Source: Mytilus californianus (Eukaryota). From it: a stretch of 64,000 nt of DNA. Numbering within the stretch: the first letter of the stretch is position 1; each line of letters begins with the position of its first letter. Below the pieces are notes generated by a model. That model did not search any database and had not been told where the DNA came from. It was given only the letters and a program-made list of their open reading frames with translations. The translations under genes and the position numbers were made by a program. The stretch spans positions 88,722,001 to 88,786,000 of the forward strand of contig NW_026262745.1 of NCBI RefSeq assembly GCF_021869535.1. The letters are read 5' to 3'. Positions 23,949-37,639 of the stretch are shown piece after piece.

Positions 23949-26900
23949 GTAAGTAGTATTAATCAAACTTTTCATTTTCGGTAACACATACATTTATTTA
24001 GAATAAGTGTAAATTGTTCAGAGTACACAGTAAATGTACAAAGATTGTGTTTTTTTCTTTTTTTTTTTTTTTTTTTTCGTTTTCGTTTAATTTTTACAGT
24101 CTGATTTACACCTTCTTTTGAAAAAAGTGTTTATTTCATATAATTGGTATATTACCAAAATGCTAAGCAAGAAAATATGTTAATTCTGGAACAATAAATG
24201 TGTAAAAAATTGTTTGTGAACCCTCTTAATCAAAGAGTTCACAAACAAAAACAAAAAAAGAACCCGCACCCAAAAAAAATCTTTTTTTATATTTTGTGTT
24301 ATAAATATTGACAAATATCTACATAAAAAATTTGTATTTGTCTTTTTATCATTTCGAGTTTTCTTTTTTTTTTTTTTCCTTATCCATGGGTCGATTTTGT
24401 ATTTTTAGTTTTCTATTGTTTTTTTTTTTTTTTTTTTATCTATTACCAAAAATCCTTTACATTTAATCGGATAGAAGTATTGAAAAATTCAATTTCGGAC
24501 AATTGTTTTATGGATAATTCGAGGTTTATAGTTTTAGCCCTGACAGTGGAATATGGAATGAAGTTCAATGTTTTATAAATATCGATATATTGAATATAAA
24601 AGTTAACAAAATGCACTCCATATAACTTCGGAAAAAAATAAGCACAAATATAATTTGGAAATTTGATATACGAACTATGAAGGAAAATGTTCTTTTAATG
24701 ACAATTTGGAGAACAGTAGATTTGTATAATTTTTGTATATACATGTACCCAGGCATAGAGAAAAATAGATTACTTTGAAAAAAAGTTCGTTTTAACTTTA
24801 TTGTTAAACCAACAAAAGACGATAAATGAACTAGCTTTTCGGAAACATAATATTCATAAAATAGAAATGTACTCTGACACGTATAACAGCATCGTCCGTA
24901 GCGAAGACAGGAACATCGCCAAAATAAAAATAAAACATTTTTGCACACTACTTTTTGAAATGGAAGACAAAGAAATATGCAAAATGATTATTATAATTTC
25001 AAACTTTGGTTCCTTCTAATGGATTCAAACATAAACAAGTTCGATCTGATCGCGACTGAAATTGACTCGGTATGCATACGAATAATTTTATAGCAAGAAT
25101 ACAGCAGAAAAAAGTTTGGTCTGACGTACACCGAAATCCTTTAGGTACGCTGTGGTGAGCTGGTCTTTAAAAATGTGTTTTAGTTATAATAAAACAGATG
25201 TGTGTCACATTATGCAATTGTTTGTAGGTTCATAAAACCGGTTGAAGGAGATAAGTATCATAATTACGTTACGTAATTTAAATATGCGAACATGACAGTC
25301 CGAGGAATTATTATTTATAAGGAATTGATATGTAAAGTGCATTTTATTTGCCATTTGATTCCGAAGAGACACAATATGACCATAAATCATGTAAAATTGC
25401 TCACTGTATCGAATTTCAAATATTTATTTCATGGCAGATCAGACACTAAACTACTCCAATTCATAAGAAATTAAAAGAACAGTGTAAGGATAACTTCCAA
25501 GAACATATACAAAAAAAAATGTTATTTTAGCAAAGGAGTTTAACTTTTTAAGTGTGATTGCACGTGGTTTTGGTTAAATATAAACATATATAAGAAAAGT
25601 CTGTCTTTAGTCAACTTTATTGCTACACATTACATGCATTTGGAAGTCCCTATGATTAAATCGTTCCATCCAAAAACAAATTGTTTAAAATATATACATG
25701 TTCTTTTTCAAATTTTACAAATAGTAAGCAGAAGATTATTTATATATCTAAAGCATAATAATAAAACAGAATAAAACTGAAGTTAAGTACCTGTTTTCCC
25801 CGTTTAAAACAGTCGTGCGACAAGGATATTTTATCTAGTAAAAACATATTCAGCGAAATCGTACATAAGGATGGATACTCCAAATAATATCCCACAAAAT
25901 TATCATTTTTATTTATTCAATAAAGTACATATAGTTTATGGTGTGCAAAGGTTATGTCAGAAAAATGCATGTTTTATAATAAAAGAAATATGGGAAAATT
26001 ACTTTTTTATGTAAAAGTAAAACAAATACCGAACCCCAACACATATTTAATCGGAAGTAACCTATCAAATGGAAAAATCAAAAGCTCAAACTCATCAAAC
26101 GATTGGAAAATAACTGTCATGGATTATCATGGATTTCGAACCATATAACTGTGAAAGTACTTTCATTCGTCGGGTACGAATTTTCGTGGTTTTAGTGGAT
26201 TGCTTTATCTACGAACTTGAATGTCCAATGAAACATAACAACTGATGTCAATATTAAGACATAGATTAAAGTTTCACTTCATGGATACGGGCATTATTGA
26301 TTTAATCTAGAAAATACAACTTATATGAGCAAAACACTTTAATAAAAAACTACAGAGATGATTTTACCCATTTAATCCCCAAAGAACCCCGAATTGTCCG
26401 ACTTTGAACCATTAAATTCTAACAAAAAATATAGTTTTGATCAATGAGAGTTATATTTCCGGTGATGATATACCGGATAATATATGAAAGTGCTAAACAA
26501 TTCTCATACGAAAAATCTCATGTTGGGCTTGCTTTTCAAATTTCAAACGAATTAAGTTTTACAATCCAAAGTAAATTTTGTAGAACTATTTTTATGTAAC
26601 TGTTTTCTTTATGTAACATGTCTATGGTCCAATTAATACCTTTGATGATCGCTAGTCTGTTGATCTCAAGTTAATTAGTGTCATCCCTTCTGATTTCTCG
26701 TATGCAACATATAAATGTTCACTTTGTTATATTCTTAAATCGAGACATAACTTTGAGCATAGCTTATATCCGAAAGCAATTATTTTATTAAATATTTAAT
26801 GAATGTTGTCATTAATAACAGACGAACCAGCAAGTGAAAGTGAACACCTTAGTTTTCAATGTCCCAAAAATCAATATAAAACAACAGTTAGTTATATTCA

Positions 26901-27570
26901 AGACGCCTGATTGGGAAAGATGAAATCTGTTTTTTTTTTCATAAGAAGCTTAACAAATCACAAAGAACTACAAAGAACTACACATGCTATAGTCGATGGT
27001 AGATACCGGCAATTTGTTAATCAACTATAACTATAAAAGTTAAAAGAGACAGTATAAATGGAAGTTACAAAAGAGCGCAATAAATTTTCATAAAGCACTC
27101 CAAGTATGTATTGTTCATTTTAATATCCATATGAATATACCATATAATAGTAAAAGCGTAGCATTTTAAATTTATCATCCCTGCATATAGTGTATATTGT
27201 ACAGCATGTTTCAACTTTAATGGGTTATGTGATATATTGTAAAAGTCGCGTAAGAAATTCAATTGCATACATATTTTGGAGAGCCCCCCCCCCCTTTTTT
27301 TTTTCTTTTTTACAAAAAAGGGCAACGTTGAAAAATGCATTTAGAATTTTTAGCATTGCACACATGCTATAGATCAGTTTCGACTAAAAAAAAAATATTT
27401 AAATATCTTATTACAAGATTTGTATTAAAAACATGAAACCCCAGAGCTGGAAACCCCTAATAAGAAACAATAAGTCTGTTCTTTCGTGTGTATGTAAAAA
27501 ATACTTGCAGGTATATTTAAAAAAAAATGTCGTTTATAATGATCTTTCAAAAATGATAACAAAACTTCAT

Positions 27571-27608
27571 AGAGGCGCTTTTCTGGGCAAACCTTCATCA
27601 GAAACGCT
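27571..27608 (-). ncRNA. Decayed hammerhead-like motif (family B)
   Basis: Minus strand GCGTTT-CTGATGA-AGG(tttg)CCCA-GAAA-AGCGC-CTC; 3' arm of stem I lost. Flanks to about 27760 resemble 20430-20560 and 43650-43800. Confidence 0.55.
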
Positions 27609-28180
27609 TAAACATTGTTTTGTCAAAGCTGAACATAAGAAAGCCAAGGATGGAAAAGAGCTGACAAAGTTGAAACGCTTTATAACCGAAAATGATATTA
27701 AATAATAACCAAACGAATTTGACCAGAGGGAGTTAAAACCTTCAGCGTTTTAATAAATTATAAATCTATAAACATACAATTGAAGAAAATTAAGCTATAA
27801 ATCATATCAGGACTAAAGTACAACAATAATGAAGAGCGTTCACAGTATGGATAAGTAAACCGACAACTAAATTATTCTTAAGAGTATAACGAAATACTTT
27901 CTATATTCTTTAGAAGCATCACACTATATAGCTTTTTATAATAATAAATCGTTATAACTTAAAGCTGTTCGTAATGATAATTCATTATATCATACAATCT
28001 ATTGTAATCTTATGTATCGACAATAATAAACGTTCAAGATTATGACATAACGTTTGAAACGTAACTAAACTTTTAAACAGTATTTACAATTTTTTCCACA
28101 CATAATACCTTCATATTGTACCCAATACGTCATTTTGAGGGCGAAAAACAAAAAAAAAAACATTCTAGTAATACGATCGA

Positions 28181-28370
28181 CACTAGAATGTATATAATAA
28201 TTGTCAACAAATCATGTGTCACTTTTAAGTGGTCGCAAAACATTGAACTTTTCGAAATACTAAGGGTGGTCTACCCACTAGAAGGTATATAATAGTTGTC
28301 AACAAATCATGTGTCACTATTAGGTGGTCGCTAAACATTGAACTTTTCTAAATACTAAGGGTGGTCTACC
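28181..28370. repeat. Two-copy 95-bp tandem duplication
   Basis: cactagaa...taagggtggtctacc starts at 28181 and 28276. Confidence 0.92.
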
Positions 28371-28480
28371 TTAAGAATATATTACCTTATAAGTATTTTG
28401 CAAACATTGTTTTGTAATATTCGGTCTTCATCAGTCCTTATATTTGTACACTATTTGCCTTTTTTAGATATTTTAAATTT

Positions 28481-28515
28481 GCGTGTCACTGATTAGTCTT
28501 TTGTAGAAGAAAGGC
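28481..28515 (+). ncRNA. Decayed family A hammerhead remnant
   Basis: gtgtca-CTGATTA-gtcttttgtagaa-GAAA: core G8 mutated, stem III lost. Confidence 0.5.
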
Positions 28516-28596
28516 TCCTCTTGGGATGCGAACTTTTCCTCACTGTCTACTAAAATAACAAATATAATGTAAAATAAAGAACATGTTTTTTTTAAG

Positions 28597-29112
28597 GTTT
28601 AATGGTTGATTTTTTACTTACAACCACCGATAATGGAAGAAAAGTTCATTCCAGTTCAACACTTGATATATTAGGTTAATCTGAGCATTTGGACAAATAT
28701 GGCATCGAGGGTTCAAAAATCATTTCTTTAAAATTTAAAGTGAAAGCTAGCAGAGATGCAAATGTATATTTATCCAGCTCTGTCACTATAGATAGCGCAA
28801 TGCCATTATACGATGTAAACTTTGGTGCACATGATAATACCAAAACACTGGTGATACGGCGCAAAGATAACTTATTAACCACACCATTCACAATGTCTTG
28901 GAATACTGTAATTGATCGTCATTGTCTAAATAGTTCGGAATTCAGAGATTTCTGGGTTATTTGGGATAGAGGAATTGTCAAACATGGACGAGGAACTGTG
29001 ATTGGTGATGATCTGATTGGTGAATGGACAGATCCAAACCCGTTTCCGGTTAAAAGTATTTGCGTTTTAAACAGCTATAATTCTAAAGGCGACTGGATAA
29101 TACACGCTACAG
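28597..29112 (+). pseudogene. FAMeT-PAN paralog 1, exon encoding a farnesoic-acid-O-methyltransferase-like (Methyltransf_FA-type) domain; in-frame TAA
   Basis: 516-nt exon (ag|...|gtaatc). Motifs FKVKASRDANVYLS, YDVNFGAHDNTKT, EFRDFWVIWDRGIVKHGRG, EWTDPNPFPVKSI. TAA at 28677-28679 where paralog 2 has CAT. Confidence 0.8.
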
Positions 29113-29651
29113 GTAATCATGCATGCAAAGTGACTAAAAAAAACCAGAAAATTATATGACAAAATTATCTGCTGATATAATTTGTACTTAATCTAGCAAT
29201 ATGAACTAACCTACGAGAGTTCTTATGTCTAATTATATGCGTAACTATCTAAAATTCCAACTGTTTCTTTATTCTCATACAATGTTATCATAGATACATA
29301 TGAACATATACACTCCATGAAAAAAACACACATTTCTGGCCTTAGAATGTATGCAGTATGACTGAATGTTTTAAGACAATTTTTACTTTATTCTCATGTT
29401 TTGATCGCATATCACACTGACTGTGTGTGCAATAAATAAGCAAATAATACTGATTGTTTACAGTTTATTTAATTGTGTATTTTAAAAAGTGGGTTTTTTT
29501 TTGTTATTTTATGGATATGTGTTAAAAAAGGACTCTTTATTCCGACATATAATCGAATGACACAATTATGCAAGTCGTTGCTGTAATATGGTTGTTGCAT
29601 ATTGAATTATGGTAGAAAAAGATTTAAAATCAAATCATATTTCTTTTGCAG

Positions 29652-29811
29652 TTTATGGAAATGCATCTAACCATTTCATCAATTACAGTCCACCGAACGT
29701 GAAAGTTGACCTTAACATATATAAACCAGTGATGATTTTTTCTGTATCGGAGTGTGCAATAGAATGTAAGACAGATGAACAATGTATGGGGTTCAACTTC
29801 AAAGATAACAA
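29652..29811 (+). pseudogene. FAMeT-PAN paralog 1, PAN/apple exon 1
   Basis: 160-nt exon between ttcttttgcag and gtatgt; SECAIECKTDEQCMGFNF is a PAN/apple CxxxC...CxGFNF pattern. Confidence 0.8.
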
Positions 29812-29943
29812 GTATGTTGATTTTATTTTAAAGAAATGCAGAAAAAAAAAGGAAAGGGTGCACGATAACACATTTCAGAATCAACATACACATCACAAAG
29901 GCGTTTTATTGGAATCTGAAAATTATCATAAACTTGAAATTAA

Positions 29944-30402
29944 CATGGGGAGTGGGATCTGCTTATCCTTTCGGAGCACATGAGATCACCCCTGAGTTTT
30001 TGTTTGTGTTACTCAGTCTTTAGTTTTTTATGTACTGTTTTCACTATTATGTGTATGTTGGTCATTTTCTTTTTAGCCATTGCGTTGTCTTTGTATTTTC
30101 TACTATGAGTTTGAGTTAACTTTTTGATTCTGTCGCCTCTTTTGATGATAGTTATCAGCCATAAAATCTTAAATTTACTTGAATAAAACAATTTGTGGTA
30201 GAAGAGGGGCGAAAGATACCAGAGGGACATTCAAACTCAGAAATCGAAACTAAACTGACAACGCCATGGTAACAAAGAAAAAACAAACAGACAAACAGTA
30301 GTACATAAACAAAACATAGAAAAATAAAGCAACCCGAACCCCACCATAAACTTGTGGTGATTTCATGTGCTCCGAAAGGGTAAGCAGATCCTGCTTCACA
30401 TG
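29944..30402. repeat. Inverted pair of a ~200-bp dispersed repeat inside an intron
   Basis: 29944-30140 (ggatctgcttatcctttcggagcacatgagatcacc...) and 30203-30402 (reverse complement), about 60-bp spacer. Decayed relatives at about 19925-20000, 34075-34220 and 36010-36130. Confidence 0.85.
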
Positions 30403-30682
30403 AAAGATGTCAACAAATATATATTATATCTAGCTTTTGATTTGAATTGCATGTACAATATGATTTCGGTTCAACTGATTTAAAAAAAAATAGAATTTTG
30501 CTATTGTGTTCACCTTTTTTTGTTGGTTTATCCCTTAAATATCTTCTGTTTTTGTTCTGTTTATATCATTGCTGTTTTTGTAGGTATTTCATTTTTTTTT
30601 TTTTTTCTATAAAACTTATTTTAGGGTTTTCATACATTAAGCAATATGTTTCAGAAACTGATTTTAGTTTTGTTTTTTACAC

Positions 30683-30806
30683 TTGTGAACTGCTATCATT
30701 CGGACAAGATGTCGTCACTGCTATTCCTAAGATATCGAAAACTGGATGGAAGTTTTTTACCAAGTGCTATGTACAGCAAAACGCATGTCTTGATTGTTTA
30801 TTGTGA
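30683..30806 (+). pseudogene. FAMeT-PAN paralog 1, last exon; splice acceptor mutated
   Basis: CELLSFGQDVVTAIPKISKTGWKFFTK...LL*; 124 nt like paralog 2, but preceded by ttttttacAC instead of ttttacAG. Confidence 0.8.
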
Positions 30807-31399
30807 TATTGTGAAGCAATTACAAAAAAATAAAAATATTATGTTTGTTTATGTGTTATATGTTATGATGTTGATTATTATTCTGTTTTTTAACATGCAT
30901 AATTTTAAGTTTTAATTGTAGAATGCGTTTTGAAAAATATTTTGTACTTCTCTACAAAACTCTGAAAATATTTTAGACGGGCATTGTAAAGGTGATTTAA
31001 GTTCAACATATAAGGACTCCTCACTTGGGACAGGCTCATATATACAGAATGTGGCGGGGTTAAGTATGTTAGCGGGATCCAAAACCTCCCCCTATCACGG
31101 GGCAGTGGTAAGTTATTGAACAAATATATTTGTATCGGTAAAATCTGTGTCGTTCACTTAAAGTACCTGCAGAGTATTAAGATTGGTCATTTGTTTTTAA
31201 GAATTATAACAGCTTGATAATAATTCTGCTTGTCGTGTCATATAATATTACTTTTACTAAGGAATGAAACAAAAAAGACATGTGGTTGTAATGTTAGTAA
31301 CCGTTTTTGAATTTTCTTCTAGACAAGCTCTAGAAAACTATCACTTTCAAATATTTGAGGTTTTCTCACATGAACAAACTTATTGTTCTCATAAGAACG

Positions 31400-32075
31400 T
31401 TCTCGTAAAAATCGATAATATATTTGTTCATTTTGGAGGATTGATATTTCAACAGACAGTCGATATTCAAATAGGTACTAACTGTGCACCCCTACTGGTT
31501 GATTTGTTTTTGTACTCGTATGAAGTATAATTCATTCAGAACCTTCTAATAGACAACATATAAAGTACCTTGCGAAATTCTTTAATTTTACTTTCAGATA
31601 TATTGATGATATCCTATCACTGAATAACCCACATTTCAGCCAATACTCATGATACTTACATATCATATATCCCAGTGAACTTGAAATTATGGATACTAAT
31701 GATTCTAGAAGGACTGCTTCATACCTTGATATTTTCCTCAATATTGACACAAATGGACGACTTTACACTAAAATCTATGACAAACGGGACGATTTCAACT
31801 TCCCAATTATCAATTTGCCATTTCTCAGCAGTAACATACCCTTTGTCCCTTCGTATGGTGTTTACATATCTCAGTTGATACGTTATGCTCGTACATGTAC
31901 ATGTTCACACTATACGGAATTCATATACAGGAGTGTTCTCCTTACACAGAAACTGCTCCAACAAAGTTATATGAGGATGAAAGATTAAAAATGACACTCC
32001 GTAAATTTTATGGACACCATTGCAAGTTGATTGATCCATACGATGTGTCCTTGTCTAAACTAACTAAGGACATTT
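31400..32075 (+). mobile_element. Penelope-like RT remnant
   Basis: IDNIFVHFGGLIFQQTVDIQIGTNCAPLLVDLFLYSYE, FRYIDDILSLNN (YIDD at 31599-31610), KIYDKRDDFNFPIINLPFLSSNIPFVPSYGVYISQLIRYAR; stops and frameshifts. Confidence 0.9.
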
Positions 32076-32695
32076 TTTTCACGTCTTATATTCTGGTTTA
32101 GCTTTACTTTTAAGTACCGAACGTGACCTATTCTCGATTGACACTGTTTTGCTGAGTGTAAATTTGCATTGCTATAAGACGTGTCACGATATTTTGTTAT
32201 CCAATATTCATGTATTTAGTTTTGATGTTGTATTTGTTATATTGATCGGATATTGTTTAATGTTTCATCGTTTATAGTTGTAATTCAATTTTTTTTTTAT
32301 TTTCTATTCGTGTGTGAGGGTAAAGATAATTAATCACCAATTTCATTTATAATATTCAAGTTTGGGGCAACTAAACTTACACGGTGTATTCGGTTTACAG
32401 TTTGATTTAGGAGAAATACCATTATAGCTAGATAATACAATTGATTATCTAATTAATAAAACAATTCTATTATAATAGTATTGTAATTTTCATTATTATC
32501 AAATACATCAATTAGCATTAAAGCAAACCTAATCTTGAACTACCCCGGTATATCCAATTTTTTTGAATTTTTTTAGAGATTTATCTGTGACGTTGCTTTA
32601 ATGCGTCGATCTAGTCGGGTGCCATGCCATGCGTTTTTCGGCTGTGATGTTTTTGTGTGCTGACCTAGGTTGTTTTACGTGTTCGTTTCTATTCT

Positions 32696-32973
32696 GTGTT
32701 GACATGTATATCAATTGTATGGTCATTTTTAATAGATTTTACTGTTTGCAGAAGTACATGTATGAATTATTCTAAATACTAAGGAATTTCTTATCCCAGG
32801 CAGATAACCTTAGCCGCATTTGGCACAACTTTTTGGAATTTTGGGTCATTTTTGCTCATCATCTTTGTTTGTCTTTCTTTACTATATTGACATGAGTGCA
32901 TTGGTGAGTCTTATGTAGACGAAACACGGGTTTGGCGTTTTATATGATAAGCATGGTACCTTTAATAACTATT
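32696..32973 (+). mobile_element. Family A hammerhead-bearing repeat unit, decayed
   Basis: Reverse-complement homolog of 60789-61083; ribozyme remnant ttggtgagtcttatgtagacgaaacacgggtttggcgt at 32901-32938 with mutated core. Confidence 0.75.
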
Positions 32974-35900
32974 AGCATGTGGTAAGGTTATATTTATTGT
33001 TAATTTGTGTATTTCCCTATCCTGAATGTTTTTCCATTTATTTGTATTGTAGTCCTGTCATGTAATGTTGTCATGTTAGTGTTATATTTAACATTGCAAT
33101 GAAAGCTGGAGGTTTGGCTAGCCACAAAACCAGGTTCAACCCACCTTTTTTTCTTAAAATCTCCTGTACAAAGTCAGGAAAATGGCTATTGTTAACTTAC
33201 AGTTCGTTTCTGTGTGTGTTGCATTGTCGTTTGGTTTTTTTGTTGCACTTTAGTATTTTTGTTGTTTCGTTGTTTTCGTCTTATATTTGATGTGTTTCCC
33301 TCAGTTTTAGTTTGTAACCCAAATTTGCTTTCTCTCAATTGATTGATGACTTTCGAACAGCGGTATACTACTGCATGTTGCCTTTATTTGTTTGTTTGAT
33401 TCTTTTAATCATTTATAAGTATTTCATAGATTTGCTGTATACATTATTTGCTATTTATCATTTGTACAAAACTGTCTATAGTATAGTTCACTTTGTGATC
33501 CTTTACTTATGCTTATTAAAAAAAAAGGAAAATCCATATACTTTTTTATTCATTAGCCTAACAAACAAAGATACATTGTATAATGTATATAAAAAACTGA
33601 ATGGATTGAGAACTATTACAAATATCCTACACACTATTATGAAAATAAGAAGATGTAAGATGAATGACAACAGGGATGATATGACGTAGAAATGATCAAC
33701 TATATCATATATATGTCATCGTTCGACCTTCAACAATTAGCAAAACCCGTATTTCACAGCATGCATATCAAGCTTTACAAGTATCTGATATGGCAAATGT
33801 CAAACAAATAAAACGAGAAACTATATTAGAAATAAAAACATGATATGCAGCGAAAAAACGACAACCACTGAACCACACGATCATCACTTATTCTGTCATT
33901 CTTGTTGTTAAAGGAGAAAGTGGTGAGAAAACGATAGTGATTGTTTCTAAACAACAATGACATGTATCCTCAGTTTCAGGCATGGAATCAGAAATCAGGA
34001 GAATATCTTGAATTGGCGGTTAATATCAAAACTTTGCAACAAAAGGGATGATTCCACCTTCTCAGTGAGGAATAAGAAAGAAGGAGGCGACATATACTAA
34101 AAGGATATGCTAACTCTAATATCATCAGATAACGATTGTATGGCTAAAAAGAAAGAAAGAAAAAGAATATACATACAGCAGTACACAAAACATAACTTAC
34201 ATGTAGCATTCGAGCAGCGCCAGGATATTGAGTATATTTCTCCCAGTTATTGAAATATTCCATGGCTTGCTTCTTCTATTACAATTTCCTTAAAAGATGT
34301 CTATATGTAGAGGTTTATTAAATACTTTCAATCTTCAACAAAGGACATGTTAGTATACAAAGCGTTAAGTGCTTTAACTTTACTGAATATAAACGTTGTA
34401 ATTGTAACTCAAATATATCATATTATATATAAAACTGTTTCATTTTTCCATTCTGCTTTCTATGCACCATTTAAACAGCAGAGTTTTCACGTGTAAAATA
34501 TAACGTTTTCACGTGTAAAATATATTTTTGGTTTTATCTTTTACATACTTTTAACATTACTTCCATTGTCTTCTATTATCTCAGATTTCAAAAAACTAGA
34601 ACTCGAAATACAGAACATAGCTAATCATTAACTGTTTGAGCAGAATTTGAGCAAGATGTTAATAATTCGTAACAATTTCGACTTTATAATTTCACTCAAA
34701 AGTTTTGTCCAATGCGTTTTATTCGTAATAATAAACATTCATCTAAGTCTGTTTAACTTGAAAATATTGTTAGTATTATGGAACAAAATGTCCGTTGCGT
34801 AATTCCTGTTAATGACCTGTTGTCAATGATTGTTTTAACAGTACTTAATTGTTTGCAAGCAAACTGTCTGAACAGTACTGAACTAATTGTAGTAGATAAG
34901 TCTGAAAATTGACTGAAAAGCAAAAATGACATACTTTTTATTGTTCTTTTTTACAGCTGTTTGGATAAAAATTACTGTTTCAGATCAAATTCAGTTTACT
35001 AGACGTGTGATTTAACACTCAGACTTTGTGCCTTGAGTATCAAATGTTAAGCCTCGTATCTATTCAGAGTAAATTTAATGTTATAAGATCGTACCAGGTT
35101 TATAAAATTTTATAAAATTTCAATAAGAGAACATTTCAATACAGTGACTTCGGGTATGATGAGCTATGGTTACCATAGCAACTGTTGCTGGATTCCAATC
35201 ATAGCTTTACTTCACATAAATCTGGAAACTTTTCCAAGCAGTTCAGTATAATCATGCATCATATAATGAGGATTTGTCTTTTGTTCTTTAATTTTGACTT
35301 TATTTAATACATATATAGAGAGTAAACCAATTATAAAGGAATGGACAGATCTATAAGAACATGATTATTTGATAAATGTTTGAAACTATCTTTCTAATTG
35401 ATCTGCATGATATATGAGGAATGGCATCGCACCATGACAGTAATCTTAAGTGATAAATGAAATTATTTCTAAAATGAATGCACAAAGATCAAGGTGAAAA
35501 TATATTAACAATTCATTTAGTTGGCTTTTAATTTTTATGCATGATATAACAGAAACAGTTTTCACTTAATTTGATTACAAATCTCAGTTTGTTTGGTTTT
35601 TTTTTTTTTTATCTTTTTTAGTGCAAAAAAATATTACTCCAACCCTTTGCCCAATAATTGCTTTGTGATAAATATCTAATTGCAATCTCATTATTTTATT
35701 TAACTACAAAGGAGTTATTTCGAAAATTATTTTAAATATGTAATGGAAAATAAGTTTTCAACTCAGCATATCAAAACTTATGTGTCAATACACCTTCAAG
35801 AACGAAAATGAGGAGATTGTTTCTATAGTAACATATAACATCAAGAAAAAATTCCACCTAAACCAGATTTAAATATTATGATAAGATATGTGTCTTTTTA

Positions 35901-37578
35901 CATTTTATCAGGAAATGCTATGTAGATCAGAGATAGTAAAGCGGACATGAACAAATAGCATTCAAAAAGGAAGACGTAACCACAGGGAAAGCAAAACCAA
36001 ACTTGCACTTTAGCCAGAACAATGAAAAAAGACAGATAAACAACAGTTCATACATTACTATTTGAAATACTGAAGCATGGGAATCTCGAACGCATCAAAT
36101 CCTTGGTAAACTAGGTAACTACGTAGAGTTAGATTTGTCTGTCCCAGTAGGGACATCCGTCGCTTTATCCATTGTTGAGAGAATTATCGAATAGAATAGA
36201 TGTCGCTCTTTAACTCAACACGAAGTTGATACATCAGAAGCATGTTTATGTTATCTGTCGATAAAAAGGAGACCGAATGTGCAAGTTTAAAGTGACAATG
36301 ACAAAAACAGTCAAAACACCTAAACTTGCAAAAACAAATACACCAACATAAAAAAAAATTATTCAAAAAGACGAAAATATGAAGGCAGGTACTCAAGAAG
36401 GGTAAATAAATAAGACGCATAGGTAGGAATTCTTGTATAACGATTATTAATTTACAAATCGATATAAGAAAAAAATTCCGAAAAAAATTAAACCGTGTTT
36501 TCTGAGACTCAGGCCAAGCAATGATAAAACTTTAAATTATTGTGACTATGGTTTATCTTAAATCAATTTGCTTTTTGAATAGTATAAACTTACCAGTATG
36601 GGTTTGAACAAAAGTTCATCAAAGATTTCCTGTTAATATTTGTGCAAACCTGACATTTTGACTACAATAGAATTATCAGAGACGCTGAATCATATCTAAG
36701 TGCATCATTTGCTTAAAATTCGTGCATGGACTACTAGTACTTGTTTGAGACTTTTGAATACTTTTCAAGTTTATGTCACTTTTAACGTTAAATAATCAGT
36801 TGATAATGACATTTTTCTGCTCTTTGATCAGGTTGTTGTCTCTCTGACACATTCACCATTTCCATTCGCAATTATGTTCTTATATGTGGCAGTAGTAAAG
36901 CTCAATACAATATATATATTTGAAATAGAGCAGTCATTGAATATAGATTGATATCGAAATTTATTCGGTTTATTGTTGAACGATGATGGTCAATTCAAAA
37001 ATAAGAACATAACAATTTCTAACAAAGTACAATAGTTTTTATAGTGCATATACGTCCACCATTTTGTGTTGAAATGCTTGTACCAAGTCAAGTGTATGAT
37101 ATCTGTTTTCCTTTCGTTCCGTTTGTTAAATTCATAAAGTCTTACATTTGATTTTGAATTTATCTTGACTTTCGCTATTTTATTTTAGTTAATACGTTTG
37201 AAGAACATATCATACACTTTTATTTGGTATTTCTTCATATACATTCATGTTTGACAATACTAGGAGATCAAGTAAATCAAGTAACTAACAGTGAGAAATT
37301 TATTTAGTTTTTGTTTGTTCCTTTAAGCGTGTTCTCAGGGGAGCCAGTGAATTATAATTACAACTTTTAAAATACACTAATAATTTTAATCAACCTTAAT
37401 ATCAAACTTTGTATTGTAATAGTATTGAGGATTAATATAAAACTTATTTCGATAACAGATCAATATTTCAAATCTTACAGTTCCTATCATAACAGAATTA
37501 TGCTATCATGCTGATTACGGGATCAAACAAACAATTTGTGAAAGTCGTTCAATTCAGATGTCATTTTAGTCATGTGTT

Positions 37579-37639
37579 ATGAAAATGTATTACAAAAACC
37601 GTATTTTGTATATGCTTTTTTTCTTGAAGACATTTTCTG
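37579..37639 (+). CDS. FAMeT-PAN paralog 2, first coding exon (signal-peptide-like MKMYYKNRILYMLFFLKTFSG)
   Basis: 61 nt from ATG to g|gtaagt; acceptor at 37480; phase 1 joins exon 40399 in frame. Confidence 0.7.

Noticed and set aside
24565-24948. 127-aa ORF and similar F/L/I/K-rich ORFs (33339-33689, 42425-42826, 30447-30680)
   Set aside because: Composition typical of chance open frames in AT-rich introns or intergenic DNA; no motifs.
29812-29983. 3' part of ORF 29609-29983 and run-on tails of ORFs 28689-29159 and 40758-41153
   Set aside because: Intronic read-through: homology between paralogs stops at GT donors (29812, 29113, 40915).
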